Assembly (NCBI RefSeq): GCF_964213995.1
Contig: NC_135808.1
Location: 50,158,001-50,222,000, forward strand
Length of the DNA: 64,000 bases
Source: Mustelus asterias
Lineage: Eukaryota
Direction of reading: 5' to 3'
Position 1 is the first letter of the stretch. Each line of letters begins with the position of its first letter. Shown here one piece after another: positions 12,545 to 24,725 of the stretch. Made by a program: the position numbers and the translations under genes. The notes beneath the pieces are model-generated. The model was not told the origin of the DNA, did no database searches, and worked only from the letters and a program-made list of their open reading frames with translations.

Positions 12545-12850
12545 ACAGAATTACATTTCTATAGCACCTGTCACCACCTCAGAATGTCCCAAAGTGTTTT
12601 ACAGCTCATTGTGCACAGCAAGATCCCAGGGAGCAGAGTGAGAATGAACAGATAAGCAGATTTGTAGTGATGTTGATTGAGGGATAAATATTGACCAGTA
12701 CATCGGGGTGAACTCCCCTGCTCTTCTTCCAAGGGTACCATGGAATCTTTCACACCCCCTGAGAGGACAGATATCAGTTTGTCTCATCTGAAAGACGGCA
12801 CCTCTGACAGTGCAGCACTCGCTCAATACTGCACTGGATCTCAGCCTGGA
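12545..12850 (-). mobile_element. DeuSINE-like element (Deu-domain)
   Basis: Minus strand TGCTGCACTGTCAGAGGTGCCGTCTTTCAGATGAGAC...AAAGATTCCATGG resembles the Deu-domain as I recall it. Confidence 0.55.
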
Positions 12851-13259
12851 TGATGTGGGATTTGAGGTATCAGTCTGTTTCTGTGGATTCTCTGCTGCTT
12901 TCAGTTCAATGAAGAGTGCAGGAGGACATGCCAGGAGCAACAGCAGACATACTGAAAAATGAGGAATGAGGCCACTTGGGGAGGGTGGAGCTGTTCCCCA
13001 GCCAGAGAGAGTGTCTTCAGGAGAGAGATGGAGAGCAGATTATGGGAAGCCTATAGTCTAGAGGGGGGACATTTAACCAGTCGCTGACAGGTGCTGAGCC
13101 CTTTCCCCATGAGGATTTTGGAAGTGGATGCGGAAAGTGGGAGGTGAACTAGAGAAATGTCTTTGTTGCTGCTGAAACTCTTGCTATCTGCTCAGTCACA
13201 TCTAATAAACACACAGACAAATCAGACAAACATCAGTCTGTTTCTGTGGATTCTCTGCT

Positions 13260-15150
13260 GCTTTCAGTTCAATGAAGAGTGCAGGAGGACACGGCAGGAG
13301 CAACAGCAGACATACTGAAAAATGAGGTGTTAACCTGGTGAAGCTACAACACAGGACTCTGTGTGTCAAACAGCAGAAGCAGCAAGTGATAGACAGAGCT
13401 AAACCATCCCACAACCAATGGATCAGATCTAAGCTCTGCAGTCCTGCCACATCCAGCCGTGAATGGTGGGGGAAAATTAAACAACTCACTGGAGGAGGAG
13501 GCTCCACAAATATCCCCATCCTCAATGACGGAGGAACCCAGAACATCAGTGCAAAAGATAAGGCTGAAGCACTTGCAGCAATCTTCAGCCAGAAGTGCCA
13601 CGTGGATGATCCATCTCGACCTCCTCTGGAGGTCCTGAAGACGTGTGCTCCAGAACTTCCCGCGTCCCTAGCCAAGCTGTTCCAGTACATCTACAACACT
13701 GGCATCAACCCAACATTGTGATAAATTACCCGGTTATGAAATGTGCACAAAAACCAGGACAAATCCAATCCGCACAATAACCGCCCCATCAGTCTACTCT
13801 CGATCATCAGCAATGTGATCTGAACATATCCAGAGCGATTACCAAGCAGCACTTACTCAGCAATAATCTGCTCACTGACACTCAGTTTGGGTTCCGCCAG
13901 GGTCACTCAGCTCCTGACCTCATTACAGCCTTGGTTCAAACATGGACAAAAGAGCTGAACTCCAGAGGTGAGGTGAGAGTGACTGCCCTTGACATCAAGG
14001 CAGCATTTGACCGAGTGTGGCATCAAGGATCCCTCGCAAAACTGGAGCCCATGGGAATCAGGGGAAAACTCTCCGCTCTTTGGAGTTATACCCAGCACAA
14101 TGGAAGATGGTTGTTGTTTGGGGTTTTATACTCTACAATCTATATTAATGAGCTGGATGAAGGGAATGAGAGGAATGTCACTAAACGTGCTGATGATAAA
14201 ATGAAAAGTAGAAATACAAGTTGTGAGGAGGATGCAGAGTCTGAAAAGGGATAGAGATAGGTTCAGTGAGTGGGAAAACATTGACAGATGGAGTATAATG
14301 TGGGAAAATGTGAGGTTGTCCACTTTGGCAGGAGGATAGAGCAGAATACTAGTAAACTGGAGAGATTCTATCGAGTGATCTGGATGTCTTTCCATCCAGG
14401 AACAGCAATAAATTAGGAAGACAAATGGAATGTTGCTCTTCATTGCAATGAGGATGAGTATAAAAGTAGGGATGTTTTGCTGCAGCTGTACAGCACCTTG
14501 AGAAAATCACACCTGGAATATTGTGGACACTTTTGGTCTCCATACTTAAGGAAGGATATAGTAGCATTGGAAAGAGTTCAGAGATGGTTCACGAGGCTTA
14601 TTCCACTGAGTAATGGATTGTCTTATGAGGAAAGCTTGAGCAGGTTGGGCCGATACTCATTGGAGTAGAACTTATTCCACCACCTCAGCACCAACTTCAC
14701 CAGGGCAATTGGGGATGGGTGATAAATGCTGGTCTGCATAGAATCACAGAAAATAGGAACAGGAGGAGGCCATTCGGCCCTTTGAGCCTGCTCCACTATT
14801 CATCATGATCATTTCTGATCATCCAATCAGTAGCCAGATCCTGTCTTCCCCCGCAAATCCTTTGATCCCATTCACCCCAAGAGTTAAATCTAACTCCTTC
14901 TTGAAAACGTACAATATTTTGGCCTCAACTGCTTTCTGTGATAGTGAATTCCACAGGTTTACGCCTCTCTGGGTGAAGGAATTTCTCCTCACCTCAGTCC
15001 TAAAAGGTTTACCCCATATTCTCAGACTGTGACCCCTCAAACTGGACGCTCCCAGCACTGGGAACATGCTTCCTGTATCTACCCTGTCTAGTCCTGTTGG
15101 AATTCTATTGATTTTTATGCGATCCCCCCTCATTCTTCTGAACTGCAGTG
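13260..15150. mobile_element. Mosaic of LINE fragments (DIKAAFDRVWH-type CR1-clade LINE and CR1)
   Basis: ORFs 13338, 13931, 14477 (+) and 14819 (-); homologous to ~55400..57500. Confidence 0.75.
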
Positions 15151-15455
15151 GGGGCAGCACGGTGGCACAGTGGTTAGCACTGCTGCCTCACAGTGCCAGG
15201 GGGCTAGGTTCGATTCCCGGCTTGGGTCACTGTCTGTGTGGAGTTTGCACATTCTCCCCATGTCTGTGTGGGTTTCCTCCAGGTGTTAAGGTTTCCTCCC
15301 ACAGTCCAAAAGGTGTGCAGGTTAGGTGAATTGGCCAAGCTAAAGTCTCCCTCAGTATCCCCGAACAGGCGCCAGAATGTGGCCACATGGGGATTTTCAC
15401 AGTGACTTCATTGCAGTGTAAATGTAAGCCTATTTGTGACTAATAAATAAACTTT
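15150..15455 (+). mobile_element. tRNA-derived V-SINE (HE1-like)
   Basis: A box GTGGCACAGTGG, B box GGTTCGATTCCC, V-domain GTGTGGAGTTTGCACATTCTCCCC. Confidence 0.85.
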
Positions 15456-18111
15456 AAAAAAAATATAATCTTAACCAACACAATCTCTCCTCCTACATCA
15501 ATCCCACTATCGCAGAAATCATTCCAGTAAACCTTTGCTGCACTCCCTCTGTCGCAAAAACATCCTTCCTCAGATAAGGAGAGTAAAACTGTACACATTA
15601 TTCCCAGTGTGGCCTCACCAAGGCCCTGTATTACTGCAGAAAGACAGAATTACGAGGGACAGAGATAGGGTAGATATGAGGAAACTTTTCCCCTTAATCA
15701 CAGAGGCAGCAGATTTTGAGGGACTTGAGGGAAATCTTTTCACCCAGAGGGTGCTGGGAATCTGGATCTCACTGCCTGAAAGGGTGGTGGAGGTGGGAAC
15801 CCTCACAACATTTAAGAAGCATTTAGATGAGCGCTTGAAATTCCAAAGCAAACAAGGCAACGGACCAAATGCTGGAAAATGGGATTGGAATAGATAGGTG
15901 CTTGGTGGCCGGCACAGACATGGACAATAGAATCCCTGAAGTGCAGGCGGAGTCCATTCGGCCCATCGAGTCTGCATCGACTCTTACCCCATAACCCCAT
16001 GTATTTACCTCACTAATCCCCCTCACCTGTTAGAATTTTATAGGTCTCCATGAGTTGCCTCCTTATTCCTCTGAACTCCGGTGAATATAAGTCTTAACCA
16101 ACTCAATGTCTCCTCATTCATCAGTCCCATTATAACAGGAATCAGTTTGGGATACCTGCTCTGCACTCCCTCTGGAGCAAATATATCCTTCCTGAGATAG
16201 GGAGACCAAAACTGCGCACAATATTCCCAGTGCGGCCTCACCAAGGCCCTGTATAACTGCAGCAGGTCAGAATTATGAAGACATAGAGCAGATACGAAGA
16301 AACTTTTCCCCTTTTAGCAGCAGATTCAATAACCAGGGAGCATAGATTTAATCTCAGAAGCAGAAGATTTTGAGGGATTGGAGGAAAAACCTTTTCACTC
16401 AGAGGGTATTGGGAATCTGGAACTCACTGCCTGAAAGGGTGGGAGACACAGGAACCCTCACAACATTTAAGAAGTATTTAGATGAGCATTTGAAATTCCA
16501 AAGCATACAAGGCAACGGACCAAGTGCTGGAAAATGGGATTAGAATAGTTGGGTGCTTGAATGCCGGCAGAGACTGGATGGGCTGAAGAGCCTCTTTCTG
16601 TGATGTAAAACTCTTTGACACTCTGACTGAGCCAAGATGGCCGAGAATGTAAAGTGACCAGCTTCTGGAAAATTCCGATGTGGATTATATTTGACTGACC
16701 AGTCCCAAGACTAGTTGGAATGTCACACCTGAAGGGTGTCAGGGACTTCTTCAAACAGGAAATAGAAATGGAGATAGAAAAAATGCCGAAGACTGAAGTT
16801 TAATCTGCTGTGGTTACGGAAACAATGGAGACTTATTGTCACATCTCAGCAGACATCCAAAACCCATCTCCTGTTGAGTTATACCTCAGAATGTGGAAAT
16901 AGTCTGAGTTCAAAGTAAACTGACTCGAGGGTGAAAGACATGTTTGTTTGTTACCTTTCAGGAAACAACAGGGAAATGAGTTAAAAATCCAACTGCACAC
17001 CTGAGCTGTGTGTACTGGTGCGGGTGTGACAGAATGTGAGTTGAGACATTCCTCCGGATGGTCCAGTTTCCTCCCACAGTCCAAAGATCTGCAGGTTAGA
17101 TGGATTGGCCATGCTAAATTACCCCTAGTGTGTCCTTTAGGTGGATTAGCAATGGTAAATGCGCAGGGTTACAGGGATAGGGTGGGGAGCCTGGGGAAGA
17201 AGCTCTTTCAGAGAGTTGGTACAGATTCGATGGACTGAATCGCCTCCTTCTGCACTGTAGAGATTCAATGGCTAATAAAGGATTACGTGGACTGTGTAAG
17301 GTTTCCACGGGTGAAGGGATCCATTTTAAATGAACCTTGTTGTGACCAATCGAGGGCGGGGTTGAATAAGTCAGGGATCCAGCTGATTACTCCTCACCCA
17401 GGAGCAAAACAAAATTGGGATCCAGTTCAGGAAGTTAACAAATGAGGGACCTTGTCTGAGGACTGGTCACAACATGTACACAGCAAGATCCCACACACAG
17501 CAATGAGAACAATCAGCATTTTCAGTGATGTTGGATCCGGGATAAATATTGGACTGAACTCGTCCCAAAGAGAAAGTAACTGAGAGTCTCCCCAAAAGCC
17601 TGGAACACTGAAGCCACTGGATTGTGAGCCCTGCTGTAGCTGTTTGTCATCAGAACTTTAGCAAGAGATAAGCAGGGAGTGGAGAGAGCAGAGTGAAAGC
17701 TGGGGGAGGTGGCACCTCGGTGTCTCACTGTGCTGGTGCTGTGATCAGTTATATCAGAGAGTGTGACAGGGAGTCCGACTTCACATCAAACTCTGCCTGT
17801 GTGTGTCACACTGAGACTGACAGGAGTCTAGAGAGTGATTTCACTCCATGCTGCAGGAATGTGAGCACAGTCTGCAAACGTCCAGATCTCCTCCACACGG
17901 TGGGTAAAAGCTGCTTACTTATATCTTGCTGCTTAAAGGGGGGAATGGAAGGAAAGAAATACAGCTGGGCTCCCTGTTCCACACAATGTTCTTCAATCAA
18001 CCATTTCATTGACTGCAGCTCCCTCACCAACACCTTCAACTATTCAGCATTTGTGTTTGAGAAAGTTTCAGCATTGAAAGGGTTAATAACGGAGGATTGG
18101 GCTTTACTTAC

Positions 18112-18146
18112 TCAGTCTGAGTTTGGTTCCTTTACCGAACGTAAGG
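18112..18146 (-). CDS. IGKJ: Ig kappa J segment, cluster 1 (LTFGKGTKLRL)
   Basis: FGxG motif, GTAAGT donor (18106..18111), adjacent 23-RSS. Confidence 0.95.
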
Positions 18147-18185
18147 CACACTGACAGCTTCCAGTGCAGGAGCTGTACAAAAACC
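18147..18185 (-). promoter_or_regulatory. J 23-RSS, cluster 1
   Basis: CACACTG + 23 bp + ACAAAAACC as read on the plus strand. Confidence 0.95.
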
Positions 18186-18219
18186 TCTGCTCTCTGCCTC
18201 ACTCACTCACTCACTCATC

Positions 18220-18519
18220 NNNNNNNNNNNNNNNNNNNNNNNNNNNNNNNNNNNNNNNNNNNNNNNNNNNNNNNNNNNNNNNNNNNNNNNNNNNNNNNNN
18301 NNNNNNNNNNNNNNNNNNNNNNNNNNNNNNNNNNNNNNNNNNNNNNNNNNNNNNNNNNNNNNNNNNNNNNNNNNNNNNNNNNNNNNNNNNNNNNNNNNNN
18401 NNNNNNNNNNNNNNNNNNNNNNNNNNNNNNNNNNNNNNNNNNNNNNNNNNNNNNNNNNNNNNNNNNNNNNNNNNNNNNNNNNNNNNNNNNNNNNNNNNNN
18501 NNNNNNNNNNNNNNNNNNN
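18220..18519. other. Assembly gap (300 N) next to (TCAC)n
   Basis: Run of N. Confidence 0.99.
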
Positions 18520-18696
18520 GTTTTGTCGGGAGAGTTGAGAATTCTAATTTGAGATGATGAATCTTTCAGCTGCTCTTCATATGTGGACATGGAGAGTAAG
18601 AGGGAAACTCGAGGCCTTCAGCGAGCGGTGGACACCACAGGGACTGGAGTGTGTAGTGGACAGTGCAAATAATTTGTCCAGTTTCCTTTCTTGTCT

Positions 18697-19243
18697 TTAT
18701 TATATATTATATAAAACTGTGGGATGTGTCAGTACAGGAGGTGGGACTGTGTGTCCATTATTATATATTATATAAAACTGTGGGATGTGTCAGTACAGGA
18801 GGTGGGACTGTGTGTCCATTATTATATATTATATAAAACTGTGGGATGTGTCAGTACAGGAGGTGGGACTGTGTGTCCATTATTATATATTATATAAAAC
18901 TGTGGGATGTGTCAGTACAGGAGGTGGGACTGTGTGTCCATTATTATATATTATATAAAACTGTGGGATGTGTCAGTACAGGAGGTGGGACTGTGTGTCC
19001 ATTATTATATATTATATAAAACTGTGGGATGTGTCAGTACAGGAGGTGGGACTGTGTGTCCATTATTATATATTATATAAAACTGTGGGATGTGTCAGTA
19101 CAGGAGGTGGGACTGTGTGTCCATTATTATATATTATATAAAACTGTGGGATGTGTCAGTACAGGAGGTGGGACTGTGTGTCCATTATTATATATTATAT
19201 TAAACTGTGGGATGTGTCAGTACAGGAGGTGGTGCTGTGTGTG
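18697..19243 (-). repeat. 61-bp minisatellite, ~9 copies, between V and J RSS
   Basis: Sense unit ACACACAGTCCCACCTCCTGTACTGACACATCCCACAGTTTTATATAATATATAATAATGG. Confidence 0.95.
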
Positions 19244-19247
19244 TTGG

Positions 19248-19275
19248 GGTTTTTGTAAGGCTCTGTATCACTGTG
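19248..19275 (-). promoter_or_regulatory. V 12-RSS, cluster 1 (perfect consensus)
   Basis: GGTTTTTGT-12bp-CACTGTG on the plus strand. Confidence 0.97.
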
Positions 19276-19574
19276 TAGAGGGTAGCTGCTATATTGCTGA
19301 CAGTAATAATCAGCGACATCCTCATTCTGTACATTGCTGATTGTCAGGGTGAATCTTGTCCCAGATCCACTGCCGGTGAATCGGTCGGATATTCCTGTGA
19401 ATCGAGTTGCTGCATTATAGATCAGCAGAGCCGGTTTCTGTCCTTCTCGCTGTTGGTACCAACTCACGTAACTGCTAACAGATTGACTGGCCGTACAGGT
19501 GATGGTGGCGGTCTGGCCCAGGCTCACTGACAGCACCGGGGGAGACTGGGTCATGATGATGTCTCCACTGATAC
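19276..19574 (-). CDS. IGKV: Ig kappa V exon, cluster 1
   Basis: [38 protein letters not shown]...[14 protein letters not shown]; AG acceptor, open frame, 12-RSS. Confidence 0.96.
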
Positions 19575-19760
19575 CTGAGGGGTAATAGAGAAACAGAGTG
19601 AAGTAAGAACTGTCACAGAAAGACGCTGTACAATGAGATATTGTTGGAGACACTGACTGTTCCTCTCCTTTCAGCATTTTCCCTTCAATCACAAGTCAGG
19701 AGAATTGGATTGAAATGGAGAGCAGGAAAATATTCAAGGTGGAAGGAGAGAGATTTGTAC

Positions 19761-19809
19761 CTGCGATGCAGAATGCCAGAGGCCAGAGCAGCTGGATGGC
19801 TGAAATCAT
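19761..19809 (-). CDS. IGKV: Ig kappa leader exon, cluster 1 (MISAIQLLWPLAFCIA)
   Basis: 49-nt exon, phase-1 GT donor, 186-bp intron. Confidence 0.92.
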
Positions 19810-19869
19810 GGTGTGTGGTCGTGTCCCTGTGCCTGGTTACTGATAAACTCTCCCTTCACTGGGCTCTGC

Positions 19870-19965
19870 TTTATAAAGCTGCAGCCTGTCAGAGTCTCAC
19901 TGCCTGTTCCTCAGTTTGTAAATGGTCTGACCCAGAGAAACCACGTCAGCACCTTTCACTTCCTC
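19870..19965 (-). promoter_or_regulatory. V promoter, cluster 1: TATA, TGACGT, EICE
   Basis: TTTATAAA 19870..19877, ACGTCA 19943..19948, TTTCACTTCC 19954..19963. Confidence 0.7.
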
Positions 19966-20160
19966 TTCTTCTCTCTCCCTCCCTCAGTCTCTGTCTCTCT
20001 CACTCTCTCTGTATCTGTCCATCAGTCTCTGCCCCTCTCTGTCTGTCTCCCTGTCATTCTCTCCTTGCCTTGCACCATTTCTGCTATCTCTCTTTCCCTA
20101 CCGCTCTTTCCGTCTCTCTTCGTCTCTCTCTCTCTTTCTCGGTTGTCCCTCTGTCTATTC
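19966..20160. repeat. CT-rich low-complexity tract upstream of the promoter
   Basis: Polypyrimidine; GA-rich counterpart at ~47645..47960. Confidence 0.85.
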
Positions 20161-20169
20161 ATTTCCCCA

Positions 20170-21110
20170 GAAGAGGCACCACCCTCCTGGTATCCACTCT
20201 GTCAGTCCCCTCAGAATCTGATATGTTTCAATAAGATCACCTCCCATTCTTCGAAACTCCAATGGGTTCAGGCCCAGCCTGTCCAACTTTTCTTCACAAG
20301 ATAACCCCTCACCCCATGAATGTGTCGAGTGAATCTTCTCTGAACTGCTTCCAACACAATGATATCCTTTTTCAAATAAGGAGACCAAAACTGTACACAG
20401 TATTCCAGATGTAGACTCACCGAGACTCTGTACAGCTGCAGTAAAACTTCCCTATTTTTATATTCCATTCTCCTTGCAATAAACACCAACATTCCATTTG
20501 TCTTCCTAATCACTTGCTGTAGCTGCAGACTAACTTGTTGTGGTTCATGTCCCAGGACAGCCAGATCCCTCTGTAGCACCGAGTTGTGCAATCTCTCTCC
20601 ATTTCAATAGTTTACTGCTGTTCTATTCTTCCTGCCAAAGTGGACACCTTCACATTTACCCAGGATATACTCCAACTGTTTAGCCACTCACTTCTCCTGT
20701 CCCTATCCCTTTGCAGACTCTCTACCCCCTCTTTATAACTTACTTTCCCACCTATCTTAGTGTCATTGGGACATCAGCTCCATTCACTCCCTTCATCCAA
20801 GTCATTGATATGGATTGTGAATAGTTGTGGTCCCAGCACTGATTGTTCCAGAATTCCACTCATTACAGCTTCCCAACCCCAAAACAATCATTTATCCCCT
20901 CCCTCTTGTTTCTGTTAGTTAGCTAACCAATCCTCTATCAATGCTAATATATTGCCCACACACCATGACCTCGTATCTTGTGTGGTAACATTTGATGTGG
21001 TCATATATTAAATACCTTTTGGAATTCTGTGTACATCACATCTACAAGTTCCTCTTTATCCACTTTGTGACTTCCTCAAAGGTGGACAATCACACATTTA
21101 GCATAAAGAA
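20170..21110 (-). mobile_element. Degenerate CR1 (shared with ~46820..47645)
   Basis: ORF 20268..20591 HLEYCVQFWSP. Confidence 0.8.
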
Positions 21111-21119
21111 ACTGCTCCT

Positions 21120-21410
21120 CGGGTGGTACAGTGGTCAGCACTGCTGCCTCATAGCGCCGGGGACCCGGTTTCAATTCCCAGCTTGTGTCACTGTCTGTGT
21201 GGAGTTTGCACCTTCTCCCTGTGTCTGCGTGGGATTCCTCTGGATGCTCCGGTTTCCTGTCACAGACGAAGGATGTACAGGTTAGGTGAATTCGCCATGC
21301 CAACTTCTCCCTCAGTGTACCTGAACAGTCGCTGGAGTTTGGTGACTCGGGAATTTTCACAGTAACTTCATTGCAGTGTGAACGTAAGCCTACTTGTGAC
21401 TAATAAATAA
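21120..21410 (+). mobile_element. V-SINE
   Basis: A/B boxes, V-domain, AATAAA tail. Confidence 0.8.
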
Positions 21411-21448
21411 ACTTTGCTTTTACTTTACATCCACCATGGTGTCCATGT

Positions 21449-21823
21449 CCCACTGGAGCCTCCAATAGGGACCAGTAAACATGGGCCTCCATCCCACTGG
21501 AGCCTCCAGTAGGGACCAGTAAACATGGGCCTCCTTCCCACTGGAGCCTCCAATAGGGACCAGTAAACATGGGCCTTCTTCCCACTGGAGCCTCCAATAG
21601 GGACCAGTAAACATGGGCCTCCTTCCCACTGGAGCCTCCAGTGGGGACCAGCAAACATGGGCCTCCATCCCACTGGAGCATCCAATAGGGACCAGTAAAC
21701 ATGGGCCTTCTTCCCACTGGAGCCTCCAGTAGGGACCAGTAAACATGGGCCTCCATCCCACTGGAGCCTCCAGTAGGGACCAGTAAACATGGGCCTCCTT
21801 CCCACTGGAGCCTCCAGTAGGGA
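21449..21823. repeat. 44-bp minisatellite, ~8.5 copies (resumes at ~22708..22748)
   Basis: Unit CCCACTGGAGCCTCCAGTAGGGACCAGTAAACATGGGCCTCCTT. Confidence 0.92.
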
Positions 21824-22707
21824 TCATAGAGGTTTACAGCATGGAAACAGGCCCTGCGGCCCAACTTGTCCATGCCGCCCTTTTTGTTTTACAACCCCTA
21901 AACGAATCCCAATTGCTGCATTTGGCCCATATCCCTCTATACCCATCGTACCCATGTAACTATCTAAATGCTTTTTAAAAGATAAAATTGTACCCGCCTC
22001 TACTACTACCTCTGGCAGCTTGTTCCAGACACTCATCACCCTCTGTGTGAAAAAATTGCCCCTCTGGACACTTTTGTACCTCTCCCCTCTCACCTTAAAT
22101 CTATGCCCTCTAGTTTTAGATTCCCCTACCTTTGGGAAAAGATTTTGACTATCTACCTTGTCTATGCCCCTCATTATTTTATAGACCTCTATAAGGTCAC
22201 CCCTCAGCCTCCTACGCTCCAGAGAAAAAAGTCCCAGACTATTCAGCTTCTCCTTATAACTCAATCCATCAAGTCCCGGTAGCATCCTCATAAATCTTCC
22301 CTGCACTCTTTCTAGTTTAATAATATCCTTTCTATAATAGGGTGACCAGAATTGCACACAGTATTCCAAGTGTGGCCTTACCAATGTCTTGTACAACTTC
22401 AACAAGACGTCCCAACTCCTGTATTCAATGTTCTGACCGATGAAACCAAGCATGCTGAATGCCTTCTTCACCACTCTGTCCACCTGTGACTCCACTTTCA
22501 AGGAGTTATGAACATGTACCCCTAGATCTCTTTGTTCTGTAACTCTCCCCAACGCCCTACCATTAACTGAGTAAGTCCTGCCCTGGTTCAATCTACCAAA
22601 ATGCTTCACCTCGCATTTGTCTAAATTAAACTCCATCTGCCATTCGTCAGCCCACTGGCCCAATTGACCAAGATCCCGCTGCAATTGGAGATAACCTTCC
22701 TCACTGT
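21824..22707 (-). mobile_element. CR1 3' portion inserted into the 44-bp minisatellite
   Basis: Long open frame with LQRDL...LVRPHLEYCVQFWSP...FFTQRV. Confidence 0.9.
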
Positions 22708-24469
22708 CAGTAAACATGGGCTTCCTTCCCACTGGAGCCTCAAGTAGCTGAGCTTCAAACTCCACATCCTCTCCATCACGTAAGCCACTTATTTCCATCT
22801 CCACAACGTTGTCCGTCTCTACACTACACCAGTCCCGTGAGCACAGTAACCTTAGCCCATTTGTCCCACCCCCTAACTCCAATATTCCAATATCCTCTTC
22901 CGGCTCCCTTCATCCATGCTCCATAAACTCCAACATGTCCCAAATGCAGTGGGTCCGGACCCTGTCTCACACAAAGTGTCGTTCCAACACTACCCCTGAC
23001 CTCACTGACCTATGACCCCTGACCTCACTGCCCTTCAATTCTCTCCATGGCCTCACTCCTCCCTACCTCTGCGTCCTGCTGCAGACTCACATTCCCTCCC
23101 TCGCCTTCCATCTGCTGACTCTGTTCTCCTGCCCATCGCTGCTTCCTTCATCCCACCACTGACGGCAGAGTCTTCAGACGCTCAGGCCTTGCTCTCTGAC
23201 CTCCCTCCCTTAATCCCTCCCCTCTCCAAGTCTCTCCCTCCATCAAACTCCATCGTTTCACCCAAGCCTTCGATCTCTCTTCCTAATGTGCCCCGTGCCC
23301 TCCCCCATTCCTCTTACTGCTGCTCTTTGAAACATCTTTGAATGTTTCATACATTAAGGTGCTATATAAATTCAGGTTTTATGTGGATTTTGGTTGGGGA
23401 CATAATTGCACACGGTATTGAAGGCTTCTGCAGTCAAATATCCTGCTGACAGGATCCAGATTTCAACACACAGAATGAGACATTGCATAAAGTAGGAATT
23501 ATTCAAAATGTATTCATTGACGGGGTGTGGGTGTCACTGGTTATACCAGCATTTATTGCCCATCCCTAATTGCCCTTGAGAAGGTGGTGATAAGCTGCCT
23601 TCTTGAACTCAGTCCATGAGGTGTACATACACCCACAGTGCTGTTAGGGAGGGAGTTCCAGGATTTTGACCCAGCGACAGTGAAGAAACGGTGATGTATT
23701 TCCAAGTCAGAATGGCGTGTGGCTTGGAGGGAAACCTCTTGGTGGTGTTGATCTGCTGCTTTTGTCTTTCCAGATGGCAGTGCTCATGTGTTTGGAAGGT
23801 GCTGCCTCTGGAACCTTGGTGAATTTATGCAGGGTACCTTATAGATGCTACACATTACTGCCACTGTTTGACAGTGGTGGAGGGATTTAACATTTGCGAA
23901 TGTGATGCTAATCAAGCGGGGCTACTTTGTCCTGGATGGTGTTGAGCTTCTTGAGTGTTGCTGGGAGCTCTACTCATCCAGACAAGTGGAGAGTATTCCA
24001 TCACACTCCGGACTTGTGCCTTGTAGATGGTGGACAGGCTTTGGAGAGTCAGGATGTGAGTTACTCACCGCAGGATTCCTATCCACTGACCTGCTCTTGT
24101 AGCCACAGTATTTATAGGCTGGTCCAGTTGAGTTTCTGGTCAATCATATCCAACAGGATTTTACAGTGGGGGATTCAGTAATGGTAATGACATTGAATGT
24201 CAAGGGGAGATGTTAAAATTCTCTCTTGTTGGAGATGGTGGTTCCGTGGCACTTGTGTGGCACGAATGTTCCTGCTTCAATATCTGAGGAGTTGTGAATG
24301 GTGCTGAGCATTGTGCAATCATCAGTGAACATCCCCACTTCTGAAGGTTATTAATGAAGCAGCTGAAGATGGTTGTGTCTCAGACACTACCCTGAGGAAC
24401 TCCTGCAGTGATGTCCCAAGGCAATCTCAGATAGAAATCCGCTAACCACAACCATTTTCTCATCATATT

Positions 24470-24725
24470 GGGTGGCGCAGCGCCAGGGACCCGGGTTTGA
24501 TTCCTCTTGGGTCACCGTCTGTATGGAATCTGCATGTTCTCCCTGTGTCTGTGTGGGTTTCCTCCGGGAGCTCCGGTTTCCTCCAACAGTCCAAAGGACG
24601 TGCTGGTTTAGGTGCATGCTAAATTCTCCCTCGGTGTACCCGAACAGGCGCCGCCAAGTGTGGCAACTACAGGATTTTCACAGTAACTTCATTGCAGTGT
24701 TAATGTAAGCCTATTTGTGACACTA
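24470..24725 (+). mobile_element. V-SINE
   Basis: V-domain consensus. Confidence 0.75.

Noticed and set aside
15150-15230. tRNA gene, and CACAGTG heptamers in SINE heads
   Set aside because: These are tRNA-derived SINE A boxes; no convincing nonamer at 12 or 23 bp.
17693-18154. 153-aa antisense ORF over J and intron (also 52641..53102)
   Set aside because: Non-ATG start, no recognisable domain, conservation explained by duplication.
18112-19574. Germline-joined VJ gene
   Set aside because: Both clusters are split, with intact 12- and 23-RSSs.
19641-20234. Antisense ORF conserved with 47646..48287
   Set aside because: Identity simply reflects the duplication; it runs into CT repeats and has no recognisable domain.
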